Of a stretch of 64,000 bases of DNA, positions 1 through 12,292 are shown in pieces (position 1 is the stretch's first letter; every line of letters begins with the position of its first letter). The stretch is from Selaginella moellendorffii. Lineage: Eukaryota; Plantae; Lycopodiophyta. Made by a program: the position numbers and the translations under genes. The stretch is from the NCBI RefSeq assembly GCF_000143415.4, contig NW_003314263.1:2978041-3042040 (forward strand), read 5' to 3'. The notes under the pieces were generated by a model, which saw only the letters and a program-made list of their open reading frames with translations, did no database searches and was not told where the DNA came from.

Positions 1-978
1 GCACCTGGACATGAATGTTGCAAAACTTTCAGTCGCTGCTCGTCAGAAATGTGACCACCAACATATTCTCCGTAGCTCTGTACGTTAAGAAAAATAAACC
101 GAGAAGACAATGAAAACACAGCATAGGCTTCGTTTACGCGACCACCATGAGAAAAACAAAGAACCAGAAATACCTGGAAAGCTGACACTATATCGTACGT
201 ATGCCCGTTCACGATTCCTGGCTGAACCAACACTTTCAGCAAGCACGAACAAAAGAAACCAAAAACAAAGAGAAAACTTACTTTGATAGTTCCTCCGTAA
301 ACCATAATACTTGGTCGATTCAGCCTTCCCATTGCAATGAGAGTTCCTGGCATCTAAAAGCACAAAGAAAGAATGAGAAAACAAAAAAGAAACAAGAAAG
401 ACAAAGGAGAGCATAGAGAAGTTTTCGAAAGAGCTTGCTCGATCACCTACATTCTTATCGCAGCCTGGAATGGAGACATTTGCATCGTACCACTGTCCAC
501 CCATGACGGTCTCGATGCTATCAGCTATCAAATCCCGCGACTGCAAGCTATAGCACATCCCCTCGGTGCCCATCGAGATGGCATCGCTCACTCCCACGGT
601 GTTGAAACGAAATCCCACCATGCCAGCCTCACGCACGCCCTCCTTGACAGCCTCGGAGAGCTTGAGCAAATGCATATTGCAAGTATTGCCCTCGTACCAC
701 ACCGAGGAGATCCCGACCTGCGCCTTGGACATGTCCTCGTCGCGCAGCCCCACGCCATAGAGCACGGCCTGCGACGCGCCCTGGGATTTGGGCTGCGTCA
801 CGCGGCTGCTGTAGCGATTCAACACGATCGCGTGCTCGCCGGCGCCCTGCTGCCGCGATGGAGCGGCGATTTCTGTGGGGGAGGAGCTCACCGATGCCCT
901 GGCGATGGAGGACGGCGCCGCATTCTTGCGAGGGATTGGCCGCGCCGGGCCGAGAGCGCTCCCCAGTAGCTGTGCCAT
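1..978 (-). CDS. DHAD: Dihydroxy-acid dehydratase (ilvD family), plastid-targeted; 5' part, runs off the window edge
   Basis: Exons 978-451, 353-282, 221-174 and 77-<1 with GT-AG introns splice in frame. Motifs [58 protein letters not shown]. Transit-peptide-like N-terminus. Confidence 0.93.
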
Positions 979-1539
979 TTTCTCCCCAGGATTTAGGGTT
1001 TTGGACCCTTTAGGGTTTATCTCTCGTAACCCTTTAAGAAATAATATATAGTTATAGTCATTAGTAATTAATTATACGTATAATAATTACAGTTATTATT
1101 AGTTAATTAAAATTATATTTAAATTTATATCATGACAACTGTGTATGAATGACATGATCGATCAAAACGTCCAGCTCCAGGTAATTCTTTCCTCCTACTT
1201 TCTTTTCAAAAGAAAAAGGTGGCGAACATTCCAAACTTTCTCCATGTCCTTCGTACTTGGGTACTGTATGGTCGGCAACTGCATTGACTAAGTTTTTCCA
1301 TATTGATATACGGCAGCGATGACGTGGTCTTCTGGAACGCGTCTAACAGACAAGACAAGCTTTTGAAAGCCGCGACGATCTATAACTCTAAAGCGATGAA
1401 TCCAAAAGAAACCTTTTGACCAAAGGGAGAAGTCTAGCAATCTAGCTCACACTGCAGGCTTCTTACACTGGAAAGTATACAGATAAATAGACAATCACGA
1501 CGTGTATAGGACGCTCTCTTTACTTCTCCTTGCTTTGCA
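979..1539. promoter_or_regulatory. Divergent DHAD/MYB intergenic promoter region with telo-boxes and a TGACGTGG element
   Basis: TTTAGGGTTT twice at about 992-1019; TGACGTGG at 1320-1327; lies between head-to-head ATGs 978 and 1540. Repeated at 8300-8851. Confidence 0.5.
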
Positions 1540-2234
1540 ATGAGGAGGCCTCCTCGCCGGAACAAAGAGGGACTCACGAAAGGCCCCTGGCAGCCCGAGG
1601 AAGACGAGAAGCTCGTCGCTTACATTCGGAAACACGGTCACGAGAATTGGAGAGCGCTACCGGAGAAAGCAGGTGAATCGATTTCTCACATCTTCGTCTC
1701 ATAGTTTCTCTTGGATCCTGCGAGCAGGACTTAATCGCTGCGGCAAGAGTTGCAGGCTGCGATGGACGAATTATCTCCGGCCGGATATAAAACGAGGCGG
1801 GATCACAGCCCAAGAAGAGGTTCTCATCATCTGGCTGCATTCAATCCTGGGAAACCGGTAAGAGTTTGTAGAGTTTTACCTCTAAGCTCTTGCGTTTCTC
1901 ACTTTTCAGGTGGTCCGTGATCGCATCGCACATTCCTGGACGAACTGACAACGAGATTAAAAACCACTGGAACACACACCTCAAGAAGCAATTGTTACAG
2001 ATGGGGATTGATCCATTGACTCACAGATCCTGTGGTTCTGTTCTTCCTGATGGCAGCTATTTCCACCTCGACGCTCGCTTCAATCCTGAGGATTTATCAG
2101 GTTACCAGGTGCGTCACCTTTCAGCAATGGATGGATCTTTCTCATCGTCCGAGAGAGGAGGTACTAAACGAATGTTGGAAACGATGGAATCCAGCGAGTT
2201 TTGGACGACCATTTTAAAGGCTGTTGGAATGTGA
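1540..2234 (+). CDS. R2R3-MYB transcription factor, intact copy 1 (195 aa)
   Basis: Exons 1540-1672 (133 nt), 1728-1857 (130 nt), 1910-2234, the canonical R2R3-MYB exon sizes. Motifs [54 protein letters not shown]. Confidence 0.95.
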
Positions 2235-2320
2235 CACTGTATTCTCGGAATGATCTGACCTTCTGGAGAAGAAATAAGAAGCGTCAGTAATCATACGAAT
2301 AAAACTCGCTTACCATCGTG

Positions 2321-3446
2321 CTACTTCCAGTTGAGAACAAATGCATACCCTCCAAGCTTTACCACTGTAATCTCTCCGGGCTAGATCTTGTAAGAAACGT
2401 CTCAAGCGGTTCTCAGCACGGATACATTTCGTTGATTGATGCTCCCACAGCGGATCCTTCATTGGAAGCTTGTCTCTCATGGAAATCCTTTCCTTGAGAC
2501 CTGAAACACGAAAGAAACGTATTTAGACTTTATCACAAAGACAAACTCACCTCTCTGTCAAACATCTCGTATGGCAAACAATGGATGTCATTCTGAATGT
2601 TCAAGTTTCCGGACATGAGGCCATCAAACCATCTGTTTTATAGATTTCTTTTCCAACTAACTCATTCTAACCATAGTTCTTCCTCTCTCTCAACAATAGT
2701 GGCAACTACTACAGTAAGTTGGATAAGCTCATGGTGCATTCTTCCATCTAAGAAAAATCATACCAGGCTTTCAAAAAGGTGATGCGTACCTCCTTGTCTC
2801 TAATTCCTCCAATCCTGTTGATAGCGGGGTCTTCGCGTTGCAGACTGTGCAAAATATACTCCACCAGCTACATTTACATAAGAACATCTATCATCCATCG
2901 CAAGAAAGAACGAGCTCTCACCCAAGTAGTCGTAGAGTCTTTGCTTTCCAACTAAAATTCCATCTTCTGGAAGAAGGAACAAAACGACCATTTTTTTAGA
3001 TAGATTGTGACGATCGAAGGGAGAAGAACTACCTGGAGCGTCTTTACAGAATCATGGCATTCGTCCGGTAAGCATCCCCATCTGCGAAACAAAGAACGAA
3101 AAAGAAAGGGAAAAACAGAAGAAAAAATGGAACGTCCGGTAAGCATCCCCATCTGCGAAACAAAGAACGAAAAAGAAAGGGAAAAACAGAAGAAAAAATG
3201 GAACCAAAGAAACAAAGAAACAAGGAAAAAAAATGGAAGGGAACAAAGACCAAGAAAAATCATCCGTTTTGGATGGCCATATCCAAAGACCCAATCATCC
3301 AGCGGCTTCTTTGGTGCCAATGGCGGCTTCACGGGAATCCCCGCCGGCTTCACGGGAATCTTCGGCCGCTTGAATCTCTCGAGCAGCGCGGCATACCTCC
3401 AATCCAATCCGTCAATGCGCTTCTCCAATCCAGTCGTGGATCGTCC
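2321..3446 (-). pseudogene. Decayed YjgA/DUF615-family gene copy
   Basis: Homologous to the intact gene at 21955-23214. Carries deletions, a 71-bp tandem duplication (3062/3133), a 21-bp duplication, an insertion in exon 5 and a lost start. Confidence 0.8.
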
Positions 3447-3475
3447 TCCCCCACCCTAGCGCGGGAAAATCACTT

Positions 3476-4150
3476 GGAGATGTCTTTCAATCCAGCTTCT
3501 CACTGCCGCCTGTAAGAGAGAATTTTCAGGATTGGAGAGTTCGATCACACGGTACAAACCAGCGATTGCTGCCAGGCGTCGAGAATGCGCTTCCGTGGTC
3601 GCCATAAAGATCTTATTAGGATTCTTCCAAGAATTCTCACGTGTGTTCGTCAATCCCGCGGCGTTGGAGGCCCCGATTCAGCACGCGACTGGCAAAGGCG
3701 AGAGAAGTCCTTTCCGAGTTTTCGATTTTGATGGGTATGATTCTGATGGGGCAGAGGAGGCCGAGAGCGATGAATTCTACGAGCTAACTCCGGAAGATTA
3801 TGCCCGATTGGTGTCCAAGAAAAGAGAAGGTCGGCAGGTTCGATCGTGTTGGTTTCTTCCATATGATCTTTCACTCAAAGTTTCCTTTTTTTGTTTTCCT
3901 TCCAGAGAGATTCTTGAAGACAGCAAAAATCCGTGACGCTGAGGCAGCAGCTCGTATTTCCAAGTTTGCTAAGGTAATGAAATTGTCACTCCATGGATCG
4001 TCCGACTTACATTCTTTTCTCCTCGCAGGCCACACTTCGTGTCCAGTTCCTGGATAGCATCATCGTTGAGGCCGATTTTAGTCCTCTAGATCTGGTTGTG
4101 GAGCTTGTTACAATGCTGGAAAAATTGCTACTAAAGCCAGAGATCTGTGT
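3476..4150 (+). pseudogene. PUX1: PUX1 (UBX-domain) copy, 5' end inverted and 3' truncated
   Basis: DEFYELTPEDY, FLKTAKIRDAEAAAR and ATLRVQF exons are present. The segment carrying the ATG (about 3476-3631) is in the opposite orientation. Confidence 0.85.
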
Positions 4151-4184
4151 AAGTTCTCCTTCCAAAACTCTTTTTTTTTTCTAG

Positions 4185-4690
4185 TTTGCAGATGGTCTTC
4201 TGGATCTCATTGTTCTCCGGGACTCAAGTTCATTGGCCTGCTTATGAGCATACAGTGGTGGAATGCAAGTATCTCATGTATGTCTCACTCGAAGCTTTGT
4301 TTGATCTTTGATGCATATATAAGTGCAAGTGTTCCCAGTGGAAGAGTGTTCCAAGGAGGATACATCGACGTTGATGGTGAGGTAATCGATCACGGAGGAA
4401 CTGTCAACGTGAGTTCGTTTTTGTTTTTTTTGTTTGTGCTAGCTGCAAATGCTACCAGCAACCAACATTATCGATATGTATGCCTGAATTATCAACAGGC
4501 ATGCATACGATCAGTGTACACAGATGTTTTTGGTTCTCCTGGTGCGAATTTGTTGTTTAACGTACTTCTGATGAGCAGCGACTGAAAATTTGCAGCATTC
4601 ATGTCCAGGTCCTGAGCTTGCGGTGGAATATACATGGCTGGCCAGTGCCAGTGAAGCCTAGGTCCTTCAGTCTCTGTCTCTTCTTGATAG
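4185..4690 (+). pseudogene. Chimeric sphingosine-kinase 3' exons fused to decayed DHAD exons
   Basis: FADGLLDLIVLRD and GYIDVDGEVI (SPHK C-terminus), followed by HGGTVN|gt and EQRLK..QHSCPG..CGGIY (DHAD exons 2-4). Confidence 0.75.
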
Positions 4691-4959
4691 ATCTTGTCCA
4701 TTCCAAAGCATTTGACAGAGTTGCTAATCTCTTGACATGCCATTGTCGTCGTAATGGGATTGGGTTTGATCTGCCAGTGATGATTCCCTACCATTGTGTT
4801 GCTTGCCTTCGCCCGGAGCTCACTCTTGTTGTCTTGGTCTTGACCTTTTGTGTTATTCCAAAGAAAGGATTTTAGAAAGCTGCGACATTCACTAGAAAAG
4901 TTTTTGTTGCCCAGAAACGTTTGCGTTTGTATTATCTGTTTTTGCACTGGCTAAACATG

Positions 4960-5934
4960 ACAATGACAATATGTTTTATTATCGATCTTTGAATTTCACA
5001 AGACAAATGCCATGCTTTACAAAACTTATCACAACAACCCAACTCTCGGGGACATTGTCGAAGTGCTTTGCAACTGTTGCTATTGCCGCCTCATCGTCTT
5101 TGCCGTCCTCACCATCCTTGCTGTCCTCACCATTGTCACTATTTTTGCCATCACCGCCCGACTTGCTAGAACTGCCAATGCCAACTGCCAAAGGTTCACC
5201 ACCAAACTCACCAAAACCGCCAGTGCTAGCCACCAACGGCTCACCACTAAACTCGCCGGAATTGCCAGCACTAACTGCCAAAACCGTCGTGTTACTGATT
5301 CCATGTGTCATAGCGTCTTAGGAAGAGCTTCGAAAAGTGATTTTTTGAATTTTTTTTAAAATACTCTTCGAACGTTTGAACGCTTACTTAGTTGATTCAG
5401 TCAGAGCGCAAGACCCTGAAAATGCTTTCGATCGCGAATGGAAAAAAATCAAGACTTATATAAACAAGAGGTATCAAAAAACAGTTAGGCCATACATTAC
5501 ATTTGAGGATTCCCACGAAGGCCTCAAATGTAATGTGCCACCATCGGGCTCTGGCTTAACCATTTTCTAATACTTCTTATTTATGTAAATTTTGACTTTC
5601 CCCCACTCGCAATCAAAAATGTATTCAGATCACACACTCCAACCAAATCAACTGAATAAGCGTTCAAATATTCAAAGAACATTTAAGAAGTTCAAGAAAT
5701 TACCTTTTGAAGTTTTTCCCAAAGACACTATAACATCTAGAATCGATGACATGATAGTTTTGGCAGCTAGTGCTAGCAGTTCCAACAAGTCTAGCAGTGA
5801 ATTGTTGACAGCTGGCATTAACGATTTTGATAAACCTGACAATAAACATTTGGCAACTAGCGTTAACAGTTCTGGCAAGTCTGAGCGATAATTGTGACAA
5901 TAGCAACAATGGTGAAAACGGCAAGGAGAACATT
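4960..5934. mobile_element. Fold-back / Mutator-like non-autonomous element with long imperfect inverted arms
   Basis: About 5050-5400 is inversely similar to about 5640-5930. Central 15-bp-stem hairpin ACATTACATTTGAGG...CCTCAAATGTAATGT (5494-5537). No TSD found. Confidence 0.6.
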
Positions 5935-5997
5935 TGTCTCCAAGGTGTCTCCAATATGGTCATCTTGGAAACAAATAGAGCTCGTTTGTGTGAGTAC

Positions 5998-8299
5998 CTG
6001 GGCTTCTGGACAAATGTGTCCAACGACAAAACCATGAGAACCTCCTGAAAGTCTCCCATCCGTGAGGAGAGCTACTTCCTGGAAAGAAAAGGAGTGAGAT
6101 TTTCATGGCAAAACATAGAAAACGAACTTTACACACCTTCCCCAAGCCAGCACCCATGATCGCACTTGTAGGAGTTAGCATCTCAGGCATTCCCGGACCA
6201 CCTTTGGGACCTTCTCCCCTGATAACAATCACGGAGCCCTGAGTATTTCACCAATCACCAGTGATTATCATATCTTGCTTTGGACAGAGAGAACAAAGTA
6301 TACCTTGAAGCTTTGAGGATTCTCAGACAGCGCTGAAAGCATAGCTTCTTCGCCTTCGAAAACCCAAGCAGGACCTGGCAAGCAAAAATCTCGTAATTAG
6401 TAAAAAGAACAAACAACAAAATGCATTTCCACCTGAAAAGTAAAGACCCTCTTTCCCGGTGATTTTTGCAACGGAGCCCTCGGGAGCAAGGTTTCCATAC
6501 AAGATCTGTATGTGGCCAGTCGACTTGATCGGCCGATCTAGAGGATGTATGACATCCTGTGAAATATTGTGTCAAGGAAACACCAGGCTAAATTTAAGTT
6601 ACCTGTCCCTCGCTCAGACGGATATATTTTCCGACAAGGTCTTGCCAGTCACTGGACGTACCAGAAAAGAGAGAGAAAAAAAGAAGAAAAACATTACTTT
6701 GCGCAAGATGACTCCATTTCTTGAAGTTACCAGTGATGCAGTCGCCATTGAGGTAGCCCTCCTCAAGCAGATACTTCAAAACGCCAGGCGTTCCACCGAT
6801 CTGTGACATCGCAATATATTGTGAGTCACCACAAAACTGGGAATTACAGACCTTATGCAAGTCCTCCATTACATACTTCCCGCTGGGTTTAAGATCAGCG
6901 ATAAACGGAACTTCGTCACTAACTTTCTGAAAGTCGTCCAAGGTCAGTGGTACGTTTACTGACCTGCGTAACTAGCGAAACTAGAAAGATCAGATTTTCA
7001 CTACCTCGCAATTGCGATCAGGTGTAGCACGGCATTTGTCGATCCTCCCAGCGCCATTACGACGACCATGGCATTGTGAAGCGACTCTTTCGTGATTATG
7101 TCTTTCGGTTTCAAGTCCATCTTCAGCAGCTCCAGCAAGTGTTTTCCCACCAGTCGGCATTCTTGTAGCTTCAGAGGGTCTTCAGCTGGAATGGAAGAAC
7201 TGCATTTACAAAAGAAAAAACAAATAAATAATATCGGAAAACACGTAAAAGACTAAGAGAGAGACCTGTAAGGAAGGGACATGCCTAAGGCTTCAATGGC
7301 GCTGGCCATGGTATTTGCCGTGTACATTCCACCACAAGATCCAGCACCTGGACATGAATGTTGCAAAACTTTCAGTCGCTGCTCGTCAGAAATGTGACCA
7401 CCAACATATTCTCCGTAGCTCTGTACGTTGAGAAAAACAAACCGAGAAGACAACGAAAACACAGCATAGGCTTCGTTTACGGGACCACCAAGAGGAAAAA
7501 AAAAAACCAGAAATACCTGGAAAGCTGACACTATATCGTACGTATGCCCGTTCACGATTCCTGGCTGAACCAACACTTTCAGCAAGCGCGAACAAAAGAA
7601 ACCAAAACGATAAGAGAAAGCTTACTTTGATAGTTCCTCCGTAAACCATAATACTTGGTCGATTCAGCCTTCCCATCGCAATGAGAGTTCCTGGCATCGA
7701 AAAGAACAAAAAAAGAATAACAGAAGGAAAAAAAAAGAGAGGAGAAGTTAGAGCTTAGCTCGATCACCTACATTCTTATCGCAGCCTGGAATGGAGACAT
7801 TTACATCGTACCACTGTCCACCCATGACGGTCTCGATGCTATCAGCTATCACATCCCGCGACTGCAAGCTATAGCACATCCCCTCGGTGCCCATCGATAT
7901 GGCATCGCTCACCCCCACGGTGTTGAATCGAAATCCCACCATCCCAGCCTCGCGCACGCCCTCCTTGACAGCCTCGAAGAGCTTGAGCAAATGCATATTG
8001 CAAGTGTTGCCCTCGTACCACACCGAGGAGATCCCGACCTGCGCCTTGGCCATGTCCTCGTCGCGCAGCCCCACGCCATAGAGCACGGCCTGCGACGCGC
8101 CCTGGGATTTGGGCTGCGTCACGCGGCTGCTGTAGCGATTCAACATGATCGCGTGCTCGCCGGCGCCCTGCTGCCGCGATGGAGCGGCGATCTCTGTGGG
8201 GGAGGAGCTCACCGATGCCCTGGCGATGGAGGACGGCGCCGCATTCTTGCGAGGGATTGGCCGCGCCGGGCCGAGAGCGCTCCCCAGTAGCTGTGCCAT
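5998..8299 (-). pseudogene. DHAD: DHAD copy 2: frameshifted and 3' truncated
   Basis: Nearly all exons up to GHICPEAQ are present. A 10-nt deletion relative to the copy near 17110-17170 gives an in-frame TGA at 6614-6616. TDGRLSGG replaces TDGRFSGG. The last exons are replaced by the fold-back element. Confidence 0.88.
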
Positions 8300-8851
8300 T
8301 TTCTCCCCAGGATTTAGGGTTTTGGACCCTTTAGGGTTTATCTCTCGTAACCCTTTAAGAAATAATATGTCATTAGTAATTAATTATACGTATAATAATT
8401 ACAGTTATTATTAGTTAATTAAAATTATATTTAAATTTATATCATGACAACTGTGTATGAATGACATGATCGATCAAAACGTCCAGCTCCAGGTAATTCT
8501 TTCCTCCTACTTTCTTTTCAAAAGAAAAAGGTGGCGAACATTCCAAACTTTCTCCATGTCCTTCGTACTTGGGTACTGTATGGTCGGCAACTGCATTGAC
8601 TAAGTTTTTCCATATTGATATACGGCAGCGATGACGTGGTCTTCTGGAACGCGTCTAACAGACAAGACAAGCTTTTGAAAGCCGCGACGATCTATAACTC
8701 TAAAGCGATGAATCCAAAAGAAACCTTTTGACCAAAGGAGAAGTCTAGCAATCTAGCTCACACTCCAGGCTTCTTACATTGGAAAAGTGTGCAAATAAAT
8801 ACACAATCACAGCGTGTATAGAACGCTCTCTTTACTTCTCCTTGCTTTGCA

Positions 8852-9546
8852 ATGGGGAGGCCTCCTCGCCGGAACAAAGAGGGACTCACGAAAGGCCCCT
8901 GGCAGCCCGAGGAAGACGAGAAGCTCGTCGCTTACATTCGGAAACACGGTCACGAGAATTGGAGAGCGCTACCGGAGAAAGCAGGTGAATCGATTTCTCA
9001 CGTCTTCGTCTCATAGTTTCTCTTGGATCTTGCGAGCAGGACTTAATCGCTGCGGCAAGAGTTGCAGGCTGCGATGGACGAATTATCTCCGGCCGGATAT
9101 AAAACGAGGCGGGATCACAGCCCAAGAAGAGGTTCTCATCATCTGGCTGCATTCAATCCTGGGTAACCGGTAAGAGTTTGTAGAGTTTTACCTCTAAGTT
9201 CTTGCGTTTCTCACTTTTCAGGTGGTCCGTGATCGCATCGCACATTCCTGGACGAACTGACAACGAGATTAAAAACCACTGGAACACACACCTCAAGAAG
9301 CAATTGTTACAGATGGGGATTGATCCATTGACTCACAGATCCTGTGGTTCTGTTCTTCCTGATGGCAGCTATTTCCACCTCGACGCTCGCTTCAATCCTG
9401 AGGATTTATCAGGTTACCAGGTGCGTCACCTTTCAGCAATGGATGGATCTTTTTCATCGTCCGAGAGAGGAGGTACTAAACGAATGTTAGAAACGATGGA
9501 ATCCAGCGAGTTTTGGACGACCATTTTAAAAGCTGTTGGAATGTGA
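8852..9546 (+). CDS. R2R3-MYB transcription factor, intact copy 2
   Basis: Same exon structure as 1540-2234; begins MGRPP rather than MRRPP; no visible lesion. Confidence 0.95.
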
Positions 9547-9632
9547 CACTGTATTCTCGGAATGATCTGACCTTCTAAAGAAGAAATAAGAAGCGTCAGT
9601 AATCATACGAATAAAACTCGCTTACCATCGTG

Positions 9633-10788
9633 CTACTTCCAGTTGAGAACAAATGCATACACCGGTGTTTGCCTCCTCCAAGCTTTACCACTGTAATCTC
9701 TCCGGGCTAGATCTTGTAAGAAACGTCTCAAGCGGTTCTCGGCACGGATACATTTCGTTGATTGATGCTCCCACAGCGGATCCTTCATTGGAAGCTTGTC
9801 TCTCATGGAAATCCTTCCCTTGAGATTCTCTATAAGCCACCAGAGCTCCTGAAACACGAAAGAAACGTATTTAGACTTTATCACAAAGACAAACTCACCT
9901 CTCTGTCAAACATCTCGTATGGTAAACAATGGATGTCATTCTGAATGTTCAAGCTCATTCTAACCAAATTCAACTCCTACTACTACCTACTTGGTTCTCA
10001 TGTAAACTATATATAAAACCACTATCAAGATTATATAGTTCTTCCTCTCTCTCAACAATAGTGGCAACTACTACAGTAAGTTGGATAAGCTCATGGTGCA
10101 TTCTTCCATCTAAGAAAAATCATACCAGGCTTTCAAAAAGGTGATGCGTACCTCCTTGTCTCTAATTCCTCCAATCCTGTTGATAGCGGGGTCTTCGCGT
10201 TGCAGACTGTGCAAAATATACTCCACCAGCTACATTTACATAAGAACATCTATCATCCATCGCAAGAAAGAACGAGCTCTCACCCAAGTAGTCGTAGAGT
10301 CTTTGCTTTCCAACTAAAATTCCATCTTCTGGAAGAAGGAACAAAACGACCATTTTTTTAGATAGATTGTGACGATCGAAGGGAGAAAAACTACCTGGAG
10401 CGTCTTTACAGAATCATGGCATTCGTCCGGTAAGCATCCCCATCTGCGAAACAAAGAACGAAAAAGAAAGGGAAAAACAGAAGAAAAAATGGAACCAAAG
10501 AACCAGGAAAAAAACATGGAAGGGAACAAAGAACAAGAAAAATCAGTCGTTTTGGATAGCCATATGCAAAGACCAACCTCTTCTTGAGCAGCGATTTGCA
10601 TTTCCTAGTCGGCTCGAAATCCTCCTCAATGTCCCAATCATCCAGCGGCTTCTTTGGTGCCAATGGCGGCTTCACGGGAATCCCGGCCCCAATCTTCGGC
10701 CGCTTGAATCTCTCGAGCAGCGCGGCATACCTCCAATCCAATCCGTCAATGCGCTTCTCCAATCCACTCGTGGATCGTCCGCGATCAT
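9633..10788 (-). pseudogene. Decayed YjgA/DUF615-family copy
   Basis: Same exons as 21955-23214 with deletions and an AT-rich insertion at about 9950-10075. Confidence 0.8.
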
Positions 10789-10836
10789 AAACCCTAGAAA
10801 TAATTTTCCCCCCACCCTAGCGCGGGAAAATCACTT

Positions 10837-11480
10837 GGAGATGTCTTTCAATCCAGCTTCTCACTGCCGCCTGTAAGAGAGAATTTTCAGGATTGGAGAG
10901 TTCGATCACAAGGTACAAACCAGCGATTGCTGCCAGGCGCCGAGAATGCGCTTCCGTGATCGCCATAAAGACCTTATTAGGGTTCTTCCAAGAATTCTCA
11001 CGTGTGTTCGCCCCGATTCAGCACGCGACTGGCAAAGGCGAGAGAAGTCCTTTCCGAGTTTTCGATTCTGATGGGTATGATTCTGATGGGGCAGAGGAGG
11101 CCGAGAGCGATGAATTCTACGAGCTAACTCCGGAAGGTTATGCTCGATTGGTGTCCAAGAAAAGAGAAGGTCGGCAGGTTCGATCGTGTTGGTTTCTTCC
11201 ATATGATCTTTCACTCAAAGTTTCCTTTTTTTTGTTTTCCTTCCAGAGAGATTCTTGAAGACAGCAAAAAGCCGTGACGCTGAGGCAGCAGCTCGTAGAT
11301 CCAAGTTTTCTAAGGTAATGAAATTGTCACTCCATGGATCGTCCGACTTACATTCTTTTCTCCTCGCTCGTGTCCAGTTCCTGGATAGCATCATCGTTGA
11401 GGCCGATTTTCGTCCTCTAGATCTGGTTGTGGAGCTTGTTACAATGCTGGAAAAATTGCTACTAAAGCCAGAGATCTGTG
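10837..11480 (+). pseudogene. PUX1: PUX1 copy with inverted 5' end
   Basis: As 3476-4150, plus deletion of a splice acceptor near 11368. Confidence 0.85.
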
Positions 11481-11517
11481 TAAGTTCTCCTTCAAAAACT
11501 CTTTTTTTTTTGTTCTA

Positions 11518-12000
11518 GTTCGCAGATGGTCTTCTGGATCTCATTGCTCTCCGGGACTCAAGTTCATTGGCCTGCTTACGAGCATACAGCGGTGGAATGC
11601 AAGTATCCCATGTATGTCTCACTCGAAGCTTTGTTTGATCTTTGATGCATATATCGGTGCAAGTGTTCCTAGTGGAAGAGTGTTCCAAGGAGGATACATT
11701 GACGTTGATGGTGATGTAATCGATCATGAAGGAACTGTCAACGTGAGTTCATTTTCGTTTTTTTTGTTCATGCTAGCTGCAAATGCTATCAGCAACCAAC
11801 ATTATCAACATGTATGCCTGAATTATCAACAGGCATATGATCAGTGTACACAGATGTTTTTGGTTCTCCTGGTGCGAATTTGTTGTTTAACATACTTCTG
11901 ACGAGCAGCGACTGAAAATTTGCAGCATTCATGTCCAGGTCCTGAGCTTGCGGTGGAATATACATGGCTGGCCAGTGCCAGTGAAGCCTGGGTCCTTCAG
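11518..12000 (+). pseudogene. Sphingosine kinase::DHAD chimeric relic
   Basis: Paralog of 4185-4690. Confidence 0.75.
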
Positions 12001-12292
12001 TCTCTGTCTCTTCTCGATAGATCTTGTCCATTCCAAAGCACTTGACGGAGTTGCTAGTCTCTTGACATGCCATTGTCCTCGTAATGGGACTGGGTTTGAT
12101 CTGCCAGTGACGATTCCCTACCATTGTGTTGCTTGCCTTTGCCCAGAGCTCACTCTCATTGTCCTGGTCTTCACCTTTTGTGTTATTCGATTTTAGAAAG
12201 CTGCGACATTTCATTGGAAAAGTTTTTGTTGCCCAGAAATGTTTGGTAGTTTGGCAACGTCTGTGTTATCTGTTTTTGCACTGGCCAAGCAT

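Larger units (their letters stand above)
1..12290. repeat. About 7.3-kb-period tandem segmental duplication (1-4950 repeated at 7344-12290)
   Basis: Position 1 matches 7344. DHAD ATGs 978/8299, MYB ATGs 1540/8852, and the same gene order downstream. Confidence 0.93.

Noticed and set aside
4979-5321. Gly/Asp/Ser-rich ORFs here and at 12981-13253 as protein genes
   Set aside because: They lie in the arms of the fold-back element, are open on both strands because of low complexity, and have no recognisable domain.
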